A stretch of DNA of 64,000 nucleotides from Blastocystis sp. Blastoise (lineage: Eukaryota > Protista > Bigyra: Opalinata). The notes under the pieces are model-generated. The model was not told where the DNA came from. It saw nothing but the letters and a program-made list of their open reading frames with translations, and made no database searches. The DNA lies in NCBI GenBank assembly GCA_039096225.1, contig JBBPEB010000004.1:930001-994000 (forward strand), written 5' to 3'. Position 1 is the first letter of the stretch; every line of letters begins with the position of its first letter. Shown piece by piece: positions 26,544-41,801 of this stretch. Position numbers and translations under genes: made by a program.

Positions 26544-27879
26544 CTATGCATATAACATTATATATGTATAACTTTATCAATAACAAGTTGTTTATCATGT
26601 CAATTTTATCACTCTATTATGCTACACATATTCTACATATATATACATATTCTATATATATACTATATTCTATATATATAGTATATTCTATATACCTTTC
26701 CTCTTCTAGTATAATACATCAGGTTCATCTATTCTCTCTATTTCCTGTACTCCTCTTTCAGAGACTCATGTGGCTATCACAGATGCATCGAATACTGTCA
26801 GAGTGTTCGACATACGATTCACAGAACATCAAAATAGTATACATTTCTCTATATCTAGTTCTTCTTCTCTTCTTTCTTTCTTGTTTCTTTTATTCTCTTT
26901 TATCAAGTTTTATTCTCATCTCTCTATTTTTTTTTTGTATTTTCATTTATTGTAGACCTATTTTAACCTTTTATCTCTATTATCGCTTTGTTTTTTATTT
27001 CTTATAAATTTATTATATTTTTTATCTCTATTATCGATTTAGTTTTTATTTCTTATACATTTATTTTATTTCTTAATCTCTATTATGGCTTTATTTGTTT
27101 ATTATATCAATAATCCTTTCTATACTAAATATTTGTTTCAATCCTTCTAGAAATCTCATCTATCTTTGAATATACAAATCCATCTATATCCTCTCCTTCA
27201 ACAATGGCTAAGTCTACAGATTCCTCGTCACCTATATCTGTCACACCTTCTTCTCTTTCTAATGATACTAATACTGATAATAATAATAATTCTAATAATA
27301 ATACTAATAATACTAATAATACTAATAATACTAATAATACTAATAGTAATAATACTTCTATATCTACACCTGTACCTTGTAAAGTTTCCTTCATGAAAAC
27401 TACTCCAAATTATATATATCTAACAAACCCCGATAGTACTATTCAAATTATTAATATTGACGGAGTATATACGATTCTATATATAATTTTATTATTATTA
27501 TTATATATAAATACATATAGTTAAATGGTCGTAATGTCATTTTTACACATGCAGGACATCCGTATATATTATTATTATATATATATATAATTTCAACTCT
27601 AGTTATATCCAATTAAATCCTTAATATACATTTATAATATAACATATATATAGATCTGATTTAGTGACATGTTCAGAAAACCCTCAAGATCCATGGACAT
27701 TCTTCTCATCATCCAATAATATTGAAATACCAGAAAACGGAAATATCTTATCAGGTCGTAACTTCCAATCCCATCCATCCAGTAGCTTTGAAGTATGGAG
27801 ACCACATGACTTTTGTCGTATTTCATTGGACGATCAAGAAACACTTGCCCAACTTCAAGCTTATATTGATCTTAATTAG
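23797..27879 (+). CDS. MSI1/RBBP4 (CAF-1 p48)-family WD40 histone-binding protein with a large acidic insertion
   Basis: YDTWKQNSPYIYDILIHH..FP (CAF1C H4-binding N-terminus), TGSDDSVIGLFDDR, IFTHAGH and NPQDPWTF. Confidence 0.75.
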
Positions 27880-28196
27880 TTTTATTAAATATTCTTTCTT
27901 TTCTTGTTTACTAATACTATATTATTTTTATAAAAGATATCTATGACAATATTTTTTGTTGGATATGTTTAGTTCCAGTTTATCATTATTATTATTAACT
28001 TTATGAATAACAATTTGTCAATTATTTATCATGATATACCAACATAACAAAACAATATTTTTAAAAAGCTATTTTTTATTAAAAAAACATTTCATACGAA
28101 ATAACAATAGATATATAAATAGTATACATTATTATATTTCGCATTATATGTTCTCTTTAACTAAATCTGTATAAAAAACTAGATTATTTCAATTCA

Positions 28197-29101
28197 TTAT
28201 ATATAAAGACCATCATATTCTCCTATTCTAATTTTTTCTCTATATAATATTATAGAATAATAATACCCATAATTATCATAATATATATATATATATACCT
28301 TCATAGTCAACTTCAACCCAAATTTCATTTCTTCTGAAAAAAGGTATTTCCCACGGGGGATTATATTGTGCTAAATAAATTCTTGATCCTTCTTTACGTT
28401 GAACGTCTTCTTCTCCTTCTATACCATCAAGAAGTGTCTTTGTATGTTCTGCTATACGTTTCTCTGTAGCTCTTCCTTTGAAACGACGAACAGCAAACTA
28501 TATAGAGAATTTAAAATAGCCCAATATAATATATATATAATATATAGAAGCATACATGATCTATAATATATAAAAATATAAAGTATATAATGTAATAAAA
28601 AAAGTCATATCATAAATATGAGATATATATAAAGAATAGAAAGAATACTATATATAATATAACAATAAATATAGAATTCTCTCATACAATTTTATCTGCA
28701 TGTGCAGACAACTTTACTTCAGGATTTGTAGGAATAGGAGTTTTTTCAACTTCTTTATATCTATCCGGTAATACGAAAGACATAAATAATACTTTATCAG
28801 CATTCTTATGATCTAAAACAGGTACAGTCATTTCAATCTTTGTTGAATGATCCGGCTGTTCAGGAAGTCTATTATCACCCCAAATATAATTGGCCAGAGA
28901 CATAAATGCTTTGTTTCGATTATTATCATGAACTTGTACTGACGCCCAAACCATAGTATCATACTGACGAACGTCAAAACCATCGAAAGTCTTCAAAGTC
29001 TTATATTTAGCTTCAGGAGTAGAGAAAGTACTAAACAAACCTCCAAGACCATAAGCACCTACTAATACACAAGATAATATTACAATAAGGTTTTTATTCA
29101 T
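28197..29101 (-). CDS. SOUL/heme-binding family protein with signal peptide, 3 exons
   Basis: FDVRQY, AFMSLANYIWGDN, KIEMTVPV, MSFVLP, AVRRFKG and YNPPWEIPFFRRNEIW. Confidence 0.9.
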
Positions 29102-30205
29102 AGTTTATATCAATCACTATTTAAATATTTTTTTGTTAAAACTTCAATGTTGACATTTTTTCAAAGAGGGTACGATCTTTTGTGAAACACGCAATATACC
29201 TATCATTCGATTATTAATTTCGTAATAGACCAATTTTAATTTGAAAACAAGCACATATCAAAAGAAAACAATGAAATAAGAAACACGAAGTTTTTTAAAC
29301 TAGCTTCTTTGTGTATGATATACGGGATTTGTTAATGAATATGTGTAGAGTTAATTATTAGTATATATCAGAAAGACTAGGAAATGAATAAAGGGATGAT
29401 AACCATGATTAATAGCAGATTCTTTTTTTTTGTGTGTTTAGAAATCATTCTGTTTTCTTTCATGCTATATGAATCCATCTAACAAACATGTCTTCATCAA
29501 TAAAATGCCAATTAAATTACATTGTATAGAATAATTTATTGAATTTCTATAGATTTCATATTTCAAGCTACTACAATCAATGCAACTCTTTATAGACATA
29601 CAGCACTCCAAAGGAATTGAATCTGAATAAAGAAAGTATATTGTAAAAAACAGATTTCCATTAATTACACACTACAGAATGCTTTCAAATTAATTCGTTT
29701 TATTTTATTTCGTTTCATCTGCTTTATTTCAAGAGCAGTTAACGAAGAAACAGTAAAAACACATCTTAAAGTGAGTCACTTGTAAAACTGAATATTCATA
29801 TCAAATTATGAACAAGAAGTTTCTAAAAATGACATAAAAAGAACATTGAAATTAAGAAGCTTTACAATAAATACCAGAAGGTGTAATGACTTCATTAATT
29901 GGAAGAAATAATGATTTCAAAGAGGTGTGGCATAATGAAATAGAAAGAGCGTCATTCATAACCATTCAAATAGTATTGATTCAGTTCTTTTCAGTATATA
30001 TCCTGAATAAGTCTGAATGAATAAACATATTCGTTTTTCCAATGAATAATCAATAGAAACTCTTCTCTTTTTATTTAATGTGTTTTCATTTGTTCACATT
30101 TATAACAGTCAGTTTCTCTATAGAATAAATGTCATTCGGAAATAGAGAAAATATTGTTTGGTTATCTTTCATATTTTTATTTGCATTTATTGATTTATTC
30201 TACAA

Positions 30206-30782
30206 ATGGCTACTTTTACTGAAGAAAGATATAGAGTCTTAGAGAAATACCTCACTGCTGGTGTGATTTTATTTATTTTAATAGGTGGTATTGCTGCTGG
30301 GTTCATTGAAGGTCCTGATTCGAGCTTGCCCTCTCCAATTAATTATCTATCTCAAATTGTTGGTTGGGTTTATTTCTTTGCATGGAGTGTTTCTTTTTAT
30401 CCTCAGATTTATCTTAATTGGAAGACAAAAAGCGTAGTCGGTATGTCTTTTGATTTTCAAATTTATAATTTCCTTGGTTTCTTCTTCTATACTTGTTATA
30501 ATGGTGCTTTATTATTCTCTCAAAGCGTTATTGATCAATATGTTGCTGCTTTTCAACAACAACCTACTGTAAATATATTATTATTATTATTATTATTATT
30601 ATTATGTTTATTATATTTATTATTATTATGTTTATTATGTTTATTATTATTATGTTTATTATTATTATTATTATATAAAGGTTCGTATGAATGATTTCTT
30701 CTTCTCTACTCATGCTTTCCTTATTACTTGCTTTACTATATTTCAAATATGTATCTATGATAGAAAAGATCAAAAGGTATAC

Positions 30783-30831
<49 letters not shown>

Positions 30832-31575
30832 GATTAGTAAGTTATGTATTGCTATAAGTTCCTGTATTGTTCTCTTTGCTGCTGGATTCATATCCTTATT
30901 ATAATTCTAATTATAAATATATATATATATATATATTATCTTGAATATACATATAATATCATTGAATATAAATCAATAGTATATATCGCTATAATTCCTT
31001 CATTCTTCTTACCTTGTGTTCACACTTCTTGGTCTTGAATCTTCTCCTTCTCTTCTTACTTTCTTCACATCACTCTCCACTTGTAAACTCATCATTTCTG
31101 CAATTAAATACTTCCCTCAAGCTTTCTTAAATTGGAAACGAAAATCTACTAAAGGATTTAATATTGGTAATATTCTTCTTGATTTCACTGGTGGTGCTCT
31201 CAGTGAAATTCAATTCTTCGTTATTACTGGTTATACTAGTATATATATCTTATTTATTGTTCTTATTGTTTGTCTCTTTTTTTAGATGCTTGGTCTGGTA
31301 TTCTTGGAAATATTGTTAAATTCGGCTTAGGCTGGCTTTCTATCTTCTTTGATATTATCTTCATGATTCAACATTATGGATTATATAAAGAAAATGATAA
31401 TACGAAATCTGAACTTGTTACAGATCTTTTGAACGATATAACCTCTCCTACTATAAATACTATTGTTCAATCGAGTAATAGTATTGCTCGTCTTACTTCA
31501 TTCCAAAGTAAATCTAGTTTAGATATTTCTAAATCAGATATTGAGAAAGGAGATCTCTTTAAGCCATTTGAATAA
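30206..31575 (+). CDS. CTNS: Cystinosin-like PQ-loop lysosomal transporter
   Basis: GWVYFFAWSVSFYPQ, KYFPQAFLNWKRKSTKGFNIGNILLDFTGG and KFGLG..SIFFDIIFMIQHY. Confidence 0.92.
30890..31012 (+). other. U12-type AT-AC intron in cystinosin
   Basis: 5' ATATCCTT; branch-like TTCCTTCAT close to the terminal AC; removal joins AAGF|LVFTLLG in frame. Confidence 0.85.
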
Positions 31576-32026
31576 ACATATTCAATAACACTATCTCTAA
31601 TATATATTTGATTAATATTATTGAATCGATTAATGATACTATATATTATGTATATAGCGGAATATTTTTCATTTATTGTCAATTTATGTTTCTTGAAAGA
31701 TATGTATATATATAATATCCATGAAACAGTCTATATAATGTTTTATTTTTTTTTTATATCTTCAAATTTCTTCAGATCTTGCCGTTTTATCCGCATTTCT
31801 TTTTTGATAGTTCTCTTTATTAACATGTTTTCATTTCTCTAATTTATTATTATTTTAATAATTATTGTTTAAATTCGTATTATGATTATAGTACTGTTAT
31901 ACTATTTTCATAAACAAAAAAAATATCTACATAACTATACTCTCTTTTATGATTGATAATGATATATATATTTATATGTATAATTTATATATGGAATAAT
32001 CATGAGAAGAGAAAAGTTAATATTTG

Positions 32027-32476
32027 TTATATTGTGTTTATATGATTTGTATGATCTCTAATGATGTTTTGTATATAATCATATTCTATAAACTCACTTT
32101 GCTTATAGATATGTTCCTCTCTTTCTTTATATACTAAGTATATTTCATGATATCTTTTCTTAAGAATATTCGCAACTACACAATGAACGCCATATTTTTC
32201 AATTGCTCCTCTTGCTTTCTTTAATAAAATAGAATCATCAGTTTCAAGCTATATATATAAAGTTAATTATCATCTAAATACTATACACATACTAATTTTT
32301 CTTATAGCAAATATATCCAGAAGAATTGCTTATTTATAAATATATACTTTAAAAGAAATACAATATGCCTTAGGTGCCCAAGTTCCCGTGATTAATCCAA
32401 GACATTTTGGGACATTTTGTAAAGTAATCGTTAATGGACCATCAGAAGATTGGATTTTATGTGTAGCCTATATATA

Positions 32477-32508
<32 letters not shown>

Positions 32509-33303
32509 AATCATCAATAATTGAATCATTATACAATAATCATCTATATATAATACTATACAATACTAACACATATATACCATAAGTGAAGTAGGAATAT
32601 AATAATCTGAGGCTGCTGCAGCAAGATAAAACATAGCAGAAGGTCCTAATGAAGAGACGGAAAGAGAAAGGAATTTGAGATAATGTAAATATTCAACGAT
32701 AGTAGTGAATGAAAGAGAAAGTAAATTAGAAGCATACTAAATAAATAAATATAGAAATTAAATGTATTTTTTAATAAACAGAAATATATATATATATATA
32801 TATATACTTCACGATTTTTTTGTAAAAGAAGAGTCATTCGTTCAGAAACAGGAAATTGAACAGTTTCATTTGATACAGAATAGTTCTTTAAATTAGAATT
32901 TATATACTGATTAATTTCAGATATATAAGGAAGTTTAGATCCTTCACGATGTAAGAAAATGACCATATATCCATTCTCAAGAAAGTATCTATAATAATTA
33001 ATAGGAATCAAGTCATAAATCATCAGATTTATAATCATAAAAAGTGATATATATACTCTGCACTAGTAGCACCACGAGATCCTGTAGAAAAGTTATCGAT
33101 AAATCGTACAGTATTCTTTTCTAGAGGCACAGTAGTTCCTCCTGATGAGATAACAACGACTCTTTTATTGTTCTTCTTGGATTCTTCCACGAATGATCCA
33201 ACTCTCTGTTGAATTTCACTTGGAATCTAATTTATAAGAAATAACTGTTATATTTTAATACCGATTCCAAATAATTGTCTAGCTCGTTTTGAATCTCACT
33301 CAT
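32027..33303 (-). CDS. PPCS: Phosphopantothenate--cysteine ligase
   Basis: [58 protein letters not shown] and VVANIL. Confidence 0.95.
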
Positions 33304-33911
33304 ATTTTTTTAGATATAAAAACTCAAATTTTCTTTAAGAATTAGTGTCTTTTAATCTACAATACTATAGAATGTTGATATATAGATATATGTCACGCGT
33401 TTTTGTATATAACTTCGCGATATTTATATTTCTTTTAAGAAAAAAACTTCATTCTTAGAATTATAAACAGTAAAAGCAATTGATTATATGTCTCTTATCA
33501 TTTCTTTTATTGTTAAATCAATGTTAGCATAGAGTTTCTATCAAATAAATATATTATAAATACACACTTCAACGATTATAGAATCTGGAATTCCTTAGAA
33601 TGAAATGATTTGAATGAAACTAGTCTTTTGATATTATTTTGTATAAAAGTCTTTAATAAATACATGTATTACTTTAAAGCTAAAACACAGTTAAAAATGA
33701 CATAAACCAGAAGTGTTCTCCCAAGAAATGAGTAAAAGAAATCCGAGAGAAAATAAAACACGGAGATTTGTAGTATATCGCTGTGATTTATCAACTTCCC
33801 TTGATTTTTTGTTTCTCCATATTTCAATGCTCGATAAGAATTGAAAATTTCTATCTTATTACCTTATTTTCTGATAGAGTAACGGATCAGTTCTAATTAT
33901 TTTATAGAAAG

Positions 33912-34812
<901 letters not shown>

Positions 34813-35269
34813 ATAGACATATTACTATTCTTATTTAATTATTCTATATATTGCTTATGTTCTCATTATTCATTTTTTTACTTTTATTTATTTGAAGAAA
34901 TACCAAAAAACTTTAAAAATTTTCTATTCATTGTTATTGTTTTTTTATTGTATTTTTTATTTTACATTATTAATATCTATAAACAAAACAATATACATTA
35001 AATAAATACAAAAAAAAGAGTAAAAGAATAACAGCAAATTCTTGTTATACGAAAAACTTATATATACACTAAATAAAGGAGTATTCATAACAAAATATGC
35101 AATTTAGAAAAAGAAGAAAAATAAACAAAGTATCACTTTCCAAAAAAAAAAGATTTAAATAAATTATTTAATATATATATATAGAAGAATACTTGTATGA
35201 AAAGGTCGTGTGTAGTTCGATATAATTAAGTAGTAGAGAGAATGATATAATATATATTTGAATAGAAGT

Positions 35270-37466
35270 TTAAAGAGGTTCAGAGATATTTGATGATGTG
35301 TTAGATCCAGTTTCTTGTTTTAATACAGCGACGGGCTGGGATCCTTCCGGTGTACTAGCAGAAAGAAGACTTCCGTAGGATGGCAACTCTTCTATAGAAA
35401 TAGGGAAGTAGAGTTTAAAATGAATGTAAAGCATATAATAAATACAGTTTATATACTATATATTTATATTCTATATATTTTCTTAAAATGTATTTAAAGA
35501 AAAATAAGTACTGATATAATAATAATATAATAATAATAATAATATATATATATATATATACGCGTGGGAATAGATTCTTGTTTTTCAGTTTTATTTGTGA
35601 GTTGTAAAGGTAGTTGAACGTCTATATCTTTAGTATTAGGAGTAAGAAGAGGTATAAATTGTTGAGATGAATTCAATAAATTAGTATATCCTAGAGGACA
35701 GGATTGTAGAGTATCATTTAAAAGAGGACGAGGGATATATCTATAGAAATATATATTGAAACATGTAGGAAATATATAGAAGATATATATATTAGAGAAA
35801 TATTGACATATTTATATAAAGATAGAAATAGAAAGCATATATATATATGAGATAAAGATATATAGAGAAATAAAGATATATAGAAAAATAAAGTATATAG
35901 AGAAATAAAGATATATAGAGAAGAAGATATATATATAAAGATAAAAGAATTATATATAGATCGAAAAACAAAAGAAATGAATTATATATATATATTGTAA
36001 TTCTTCTGATTCCATTAACTCCTTACGTTCCTCTTCAGTCACGTGATCGTATCCAAGTTCTCGAATCAAATCGTTACTGTCCCTCAATAAAAAAGGACTA
36101 TCCAATGTAAATAACATTTCGTTTTTCTTCTTTGACATTTCAACTTCAACATTTGTCGAGGAAGAAGTTGATAATACTAAAAATGGAAGCGAATACATAT
36201 TCTTTTTGTCTTCTATATATTATTATATTATTATATTATTATATTATTATATTATTATATTATTATATTATTATATTATTATATTATTATATTATTATAT
36301 TATTATATTATTATATTATTATATTATTATATTATTATATTATTATATTATTATATTATTATATTATTATATTATTATATTATTATATTATTATATTATT
36401 ATATTATTATATTATTATATTATTATATTATTATTATATTATTATATTATTATATTATTATTATATTATTATATTATTATATTATTAAAATATTATAATA
36501 TGATTTAAATAAGTTGAAAATACCCACAATGGTGTTGTTTTTATTTTGTTCTATAAGATGAGTCAAGCATATCTTCTATATATATAAAGATAACAATACT
36601 TCAGATAATAATAGAAAGCAGCAAAAACCAAAATAATAATAATACTATTATTATTATATATTATATACGGTTTTTATTAATTGCTGAATTGTTTCTTTTT
36701 TTGTTTCTATATCTTTTTTTAAATTTTGAATACGTTCCTATATATATATATATACAAAATAGTATAATTTAGGATCTTGAAAGAAAACTATATATATATA
36801 TATTACTTTTGCTTCATCCATATCGGCTTCACTCACTTCTCCACCTGCAAACTTTATATATTTACCATCTTTCTTAGCTATGCCGACAGCAAGTAAAACA
36901 TTTAATGCATCATATACTCTTCGTCTTATATTATCATCAACCTATACAATAAAAATAATTTAAAATAATTATCATAATAATCAAACGAAATAATATCAAA
37001 AATAAAACAAGTTAAGAAAAAATACTTTTCCATCGACGCCACCATTCTCTTTAACAAGTCTTTCAGCAATCTAGATATACAAAAATAAAGCATTGATATA
37101 TATTCTGTAAAATAATTTATAGTATATAATATTATAATACTGCTAAATGAGATTCATAAAAAAAAACATACCTCGTTACTTGTAACTGTACCTTCTAATC
37201 TAAGTTTACGGCATACCAAGTCTGTGAACAAACGAAGACCACCTGCAGCACCACGCTGACCCTCCTTTCTCACTCTCTTTGATTTAGGAGCCCTATAAAC
37301 ATAAATTACTTTTTCAAGAAATGCATATCTATTACCCAAAAGAATCGGCCACTGATGTTCCATCATCTTCGGAAGCAGAATCATTATCTATGTGATGAAT
37401 TTAAAAATAGAAATGAACATTTTCATAATAGAAACAGAATCCAGAATATATACTGTAAGGATCCAT
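35270..37466 (-). CDS. DP (E2F dimerisation partner) transcription factor
   Basis: GLRLFTDLVCRKL...TSNEIAERLV...NIRRRVYDALNVLLAVGI, then a coiled coil and LPFLVL...FTLDSPFLLRD DP domain. Confidence 0.88.
36220..36490. repeat. Intronic (TATTATAT)n 8-mer tandem repeat
   Basis: Directly visible in a DP intron. Confidence 0.95.
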
Positions 37467-38129
37467 TGTCTAAATATCTATATCTTTATAAAATTCTTCC
37501 AAAAAAAAAACAAAGTGTCAAACCCCAAAAAATTCAAAAAATAAGGAGTGTTTTATAAGTTTGTAATAATTTTTATTGTTTTATCATCTAGCCTATAATA
37601 TTTTTTTCATTTATTGTTTTTAAAATATTTTTTGGCTTTATTTATAACCCATTCTTACATTCATATAGTCAATGCATCATTTATAATAAAACATCAAACA
37701 AAACATTACTCATTTTTGTTTTTGTTTGTCTAGTTTTGATTTATTCTGTTTGCAGTTTTATTGAATCACATTTCTATTAAAAATTAATAAACAATTTTCA
37801 GTTGAAATCACAAGAATTATTCTATTGTTTTTGGCGGCAAAGTAAGTATAACGATAATTTTTATTTTTTGATTATTGGTATTCAATGAGATACGTATTTA
37901 GTCACATGAATTCATAAAACTTTGTTGAATTACACTATTGAGAAACCATTATAATATCTCTTGTTGTTCTAGTTGCGCTATCTTCAGTAAAAATGTGTTT
38001 TATGGATAATACCGTTGTTTTAGCATGAATAATCATTGCCAATTTGTGAATCTAACGAAATAATAGAAACTTCTAATCAGAATGTTCTTAAGGTCAGTTA
38101 ACCCATTTTTCAACAACTTATTTGAGTCG

Positions 38130-38316
38130 TACCTTCTCAGCCTTATGGCTAAGATCAAGTGTAGTATCTGTTCTTTTCAGTGTGAAAACTGAAAATCAAC
38201 CCATTGGGTTGATAATTTTCACCTCATATTTTGCCTTGGGCGGACTATGATGTAGCTTGCTATATCTTGTCAGCTGGGTGTCTTTGTCATTGCACTTTCG
38301 ACTCATGACGCCCACC
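38130..38316 (+). ncRNA. U2: U2 spliceosomal snRNA
   Basis: CTTCTCAGCCTTATGGCTAAGATCAAGTGTAGTATCTGTTCTT (stem I and GUAGUA branch-pairing region); Sm-like ATATTTTG; stem-loop IV GGGTGTC...ATTGCAC...GACGCCC. Confidence 0.97.
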
Positions 38317-38439
38317 GCCTTGAACACATTAATTTAATTTTTTTAAGTAGTTTTATTTTTTGTTATTTTTAAAGGTTTTTGTACTCTAAACGAAACTAAT
38401 TATAGTTAATAAGACAAATGACTTGAAATAAAGTACTAA

Positions 38440-40997
38440 TTATATAATAAGAAATTCTTTTAAAATCATCAAAAGGAGAATAACATTTCGAACATCTTTA
38501 CCACAAGCAATAAAACGTTTTAAGAGCTTGTCACTGCAATTCATCCATTTTGAAGATAACGAAGAAAATAATAATAAGGTTATGATGATATATTGTAAGA
38601 AACATAAAAGGAAAACTGCTAAAGGATGACTAATAAAAGTGATAACTGAAGGATAGCAGAATAGAAATTCAAACAGGATTCCACAGAAAAGTTGAATGAA
38701 TAAATCAAAGCTGAAACTCAGAGAAGAATCTAGATGTCTTGAAAATGTGTGTCTGAATTCACTATACTGACCAAAGAGGAAAATAAAAATATTTTCACCC
38801 TATATATAAAAAAATAAATTGATTTTAAATAAAATCAAATAGATAAAATAATAATAATAATGAAAAAAATACTTTAGCTTGTGTCACGCGTTGTGGTAGA
38901 CATAATAATGCGAACATATAGAGTATGATAGAGAAGAAAATATAGGGTTGAGTAGTGAAATGTATCCATCTTTTGCAGATGAATTCGGAGATTGGAGGAA
39001 GGAATTCATATTTTCGTTCAAGGAATAGATATCGTTCTTTTGGATTAAGAATATTTTTAAGATATTCTCCATTGAATTCGATGAAATATCCATAGATATA
39101 GCTACAGATTAATAATAAGAAAAGTATACAATTTGTAATAGAAGAGAAAAGAGGAATAAAAGATCCAAAATTAGTTTTTAATAATATAGATTGAAAAGTA
39201 GTTTTTGGTTTTATATATTTATTCTTATAAGAGATAATACGAGATTGTTCATTAGATTCACCCATACGATCTACTACTTTAATTTTCAATTTATGGGTTT
39301 TATTACTATAAAATAAATATATTATTATTATAAATAAATAAATATATATATATATATACTCTATAGTTAAAGGTGTATAAGAATGTTGATATATATTATT
39401 ATTATTTTTATTTAATGGAGAAATAAAAGTAGCAATTGTATCATCAATATAACTAAATATAGTTATTATTTAATAATTATTGTATAATATAATATAATAA
39501 TAATAAAATATAATATAATAATAATAAAATAGAATAATAAAATAAAATATAATAAAATAGAATAAACATTTCATACACAATAATTTCTTTTAATTCTAAA
39601 TTAGTAAATAAATATATAGTAATATCAATTGATATTCTTCCTTTTGTTTCACTGATATCAGCTTCAAAAACATTTCTTAAATGTTTATGTATATAATTAA
39701 TATTCTTATGACAATCCTATTCAATAAAAGAATTATAATAATTATAATTATATATATACAGGTGGAGAAAGAATAGCAAAAATAGGTCCTTTCATATATA
39801 TAGACATATCAGTAGAAGATAAAATATCATTATATATCGTATATACACGAAACCTATATTTATTATTATTCATAATAATATATAAATAAAAATACATTTT
39901 ATGATATTGAAAATCAACTAATTCTTGCTCTAATAAATTATAAGAATGAATACACTATATATATTATAGTTAAAAATATATAATTCTTATATATATATAT
40001 ATATACAGATAAATTATTTCCTAATAATTGATGAATATGTCCACATAAATATAATTGACAAGGATAATGTAATAGTAATTGAGGTAAAGTATATCCTGAA
40101 GTCGATTTCGTACTTAAATTCATTGTAAACAAAGGATAATGACAAAATAATACATTATATGTATAATAACTAGAAATTATTTTATTTTATATATATTGTT
40201 ATTTTATATATATTGTTATTTTATATATATTTTTTATTTTATATATATTGTTATTTTATATATATTATATATATATACGTTCCATTTTGTAATACTAATT
40301 CTAAATGATCTAAAATATCTTTTGTCAACCAACCACAAAAATATCGTAAAGGAGGACGATTTGCATCTATACCTATAAACCGAATAGACTTCGTTCCAAA
40401 TGAAAAACTCTTCTCATATCTATTTTTATATTATTATTATTTATTTTATTATTTATTAATCAAATAAATTAAATAAATCAAATAAATTAAATAAATTTAA
40501 AAAAAACAATAATATCTATATACACAGAATCAAAACCTTCATAACCAAATACAGAATGACTTTTTGAATAATCTACACCTAAAGGTCTTACATCACGACA
40601 ATCATGATTACCACGAACATCCAACCATTTATCAGAAGTAAAATAACCATATTCCTTCAATGTCTCCGAATATCTATATATATATATTATTCATATCCAC
40701 TTATATTATCATATTATTATTCTATATAACTTTTCAAATATAATATATTCTTCATATTCTTATTATATCTATATACATCTTCCATTCATCGACTACTTGC
40801 TCACCAAGACCACTATCTCCTACAGAATTAGCGATATCACCAGTATTTATGACAATATCAGGGTTAATCGTAGGTACAACAGTACTTAACAAGTAATCGA
40901 ATTGCAAGAAAGAATCACTTTGTGGTTGCTTTCTTAAATGCAAGTCTGTCACTTGCATAAAACAAAAAAACTTCTTTCTTCTCTCTTCAGAATTCAT
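38440..40997 (-). CDS. TMEM62-like metallophosphoesterase membrane protein, copy B (complete)
   Basis: TDLH, TGDIAN, GNHD and GHIH motifs with a multi-TM C-terminus; 3' end approximate. Confidence 0.8.
39097..40808. repeat. Near-identical dispersed duplication, copy 2 (partner 1-1717)
   Basis: Direct sequence match in the same orientation. Confidence 0.95.
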
Positions 40998-41801
40998 TGA
41001 ATAAAGAATAAAAAATGTCTTAAAAAATCTTTTATTGTGGTTGTGTTGTATTCATAATGTAAGTGGAAGTTTATTGATATTCTTATTCTTAGAATAATAG
41101 ATTCACTTCTGATGTATGTATATATATTTATATCACATTCTTGAAAAAAAATGATTATCTGCGTATAAAAAATACCGTTACTATTCTTTTAATATTATTA
41201 GAAATGTAAGAATGATTATAAAATTATATTTTTGATATCTAAAAATAAAAAGACACAACATTGTGATAACAAAATTGTTTGACAATAGAGTTGATTTGAA
41301 AAAAATACTTCAGCTATTCTTATAATCATTTATGCACTGACTGTAGTATATATATAAATTATTTTTATGATTCTTGTGAGATATTGATTTCATTCACTTA
41401 AATATAACAGTATTTCAATAAGGTTATTCTATTCAATCACCATTTAAAAACAGATAAGACGTAAAATAAAAGATCTCATACGTCTTTGATCATACATAGA
41501 ACTCATTCAAAGGAACAGTAGATATTGATTGCATCACTCAAACCATTACCATAAAAATTGTTCTTTCGAATTCTATGGACTGACTGTTTATTCTTTTTAA
41601 AGATTATAGAAACCTTCGAGAAAGTATCATTTTCATGAAACACTTCCTGTTTCTATTGGGTATTCAGTGATAATTCCCGTAATTCTATTTGTTATAACTC
41701 TTCTTTATAGAGTTCTATAGAAACTGTTGAAACAAATTAAAAACGAGAAAGCCTTAGCTTAACTTTTATAATATTAATCATAAAAATATTGACTTATAGA
41801 A

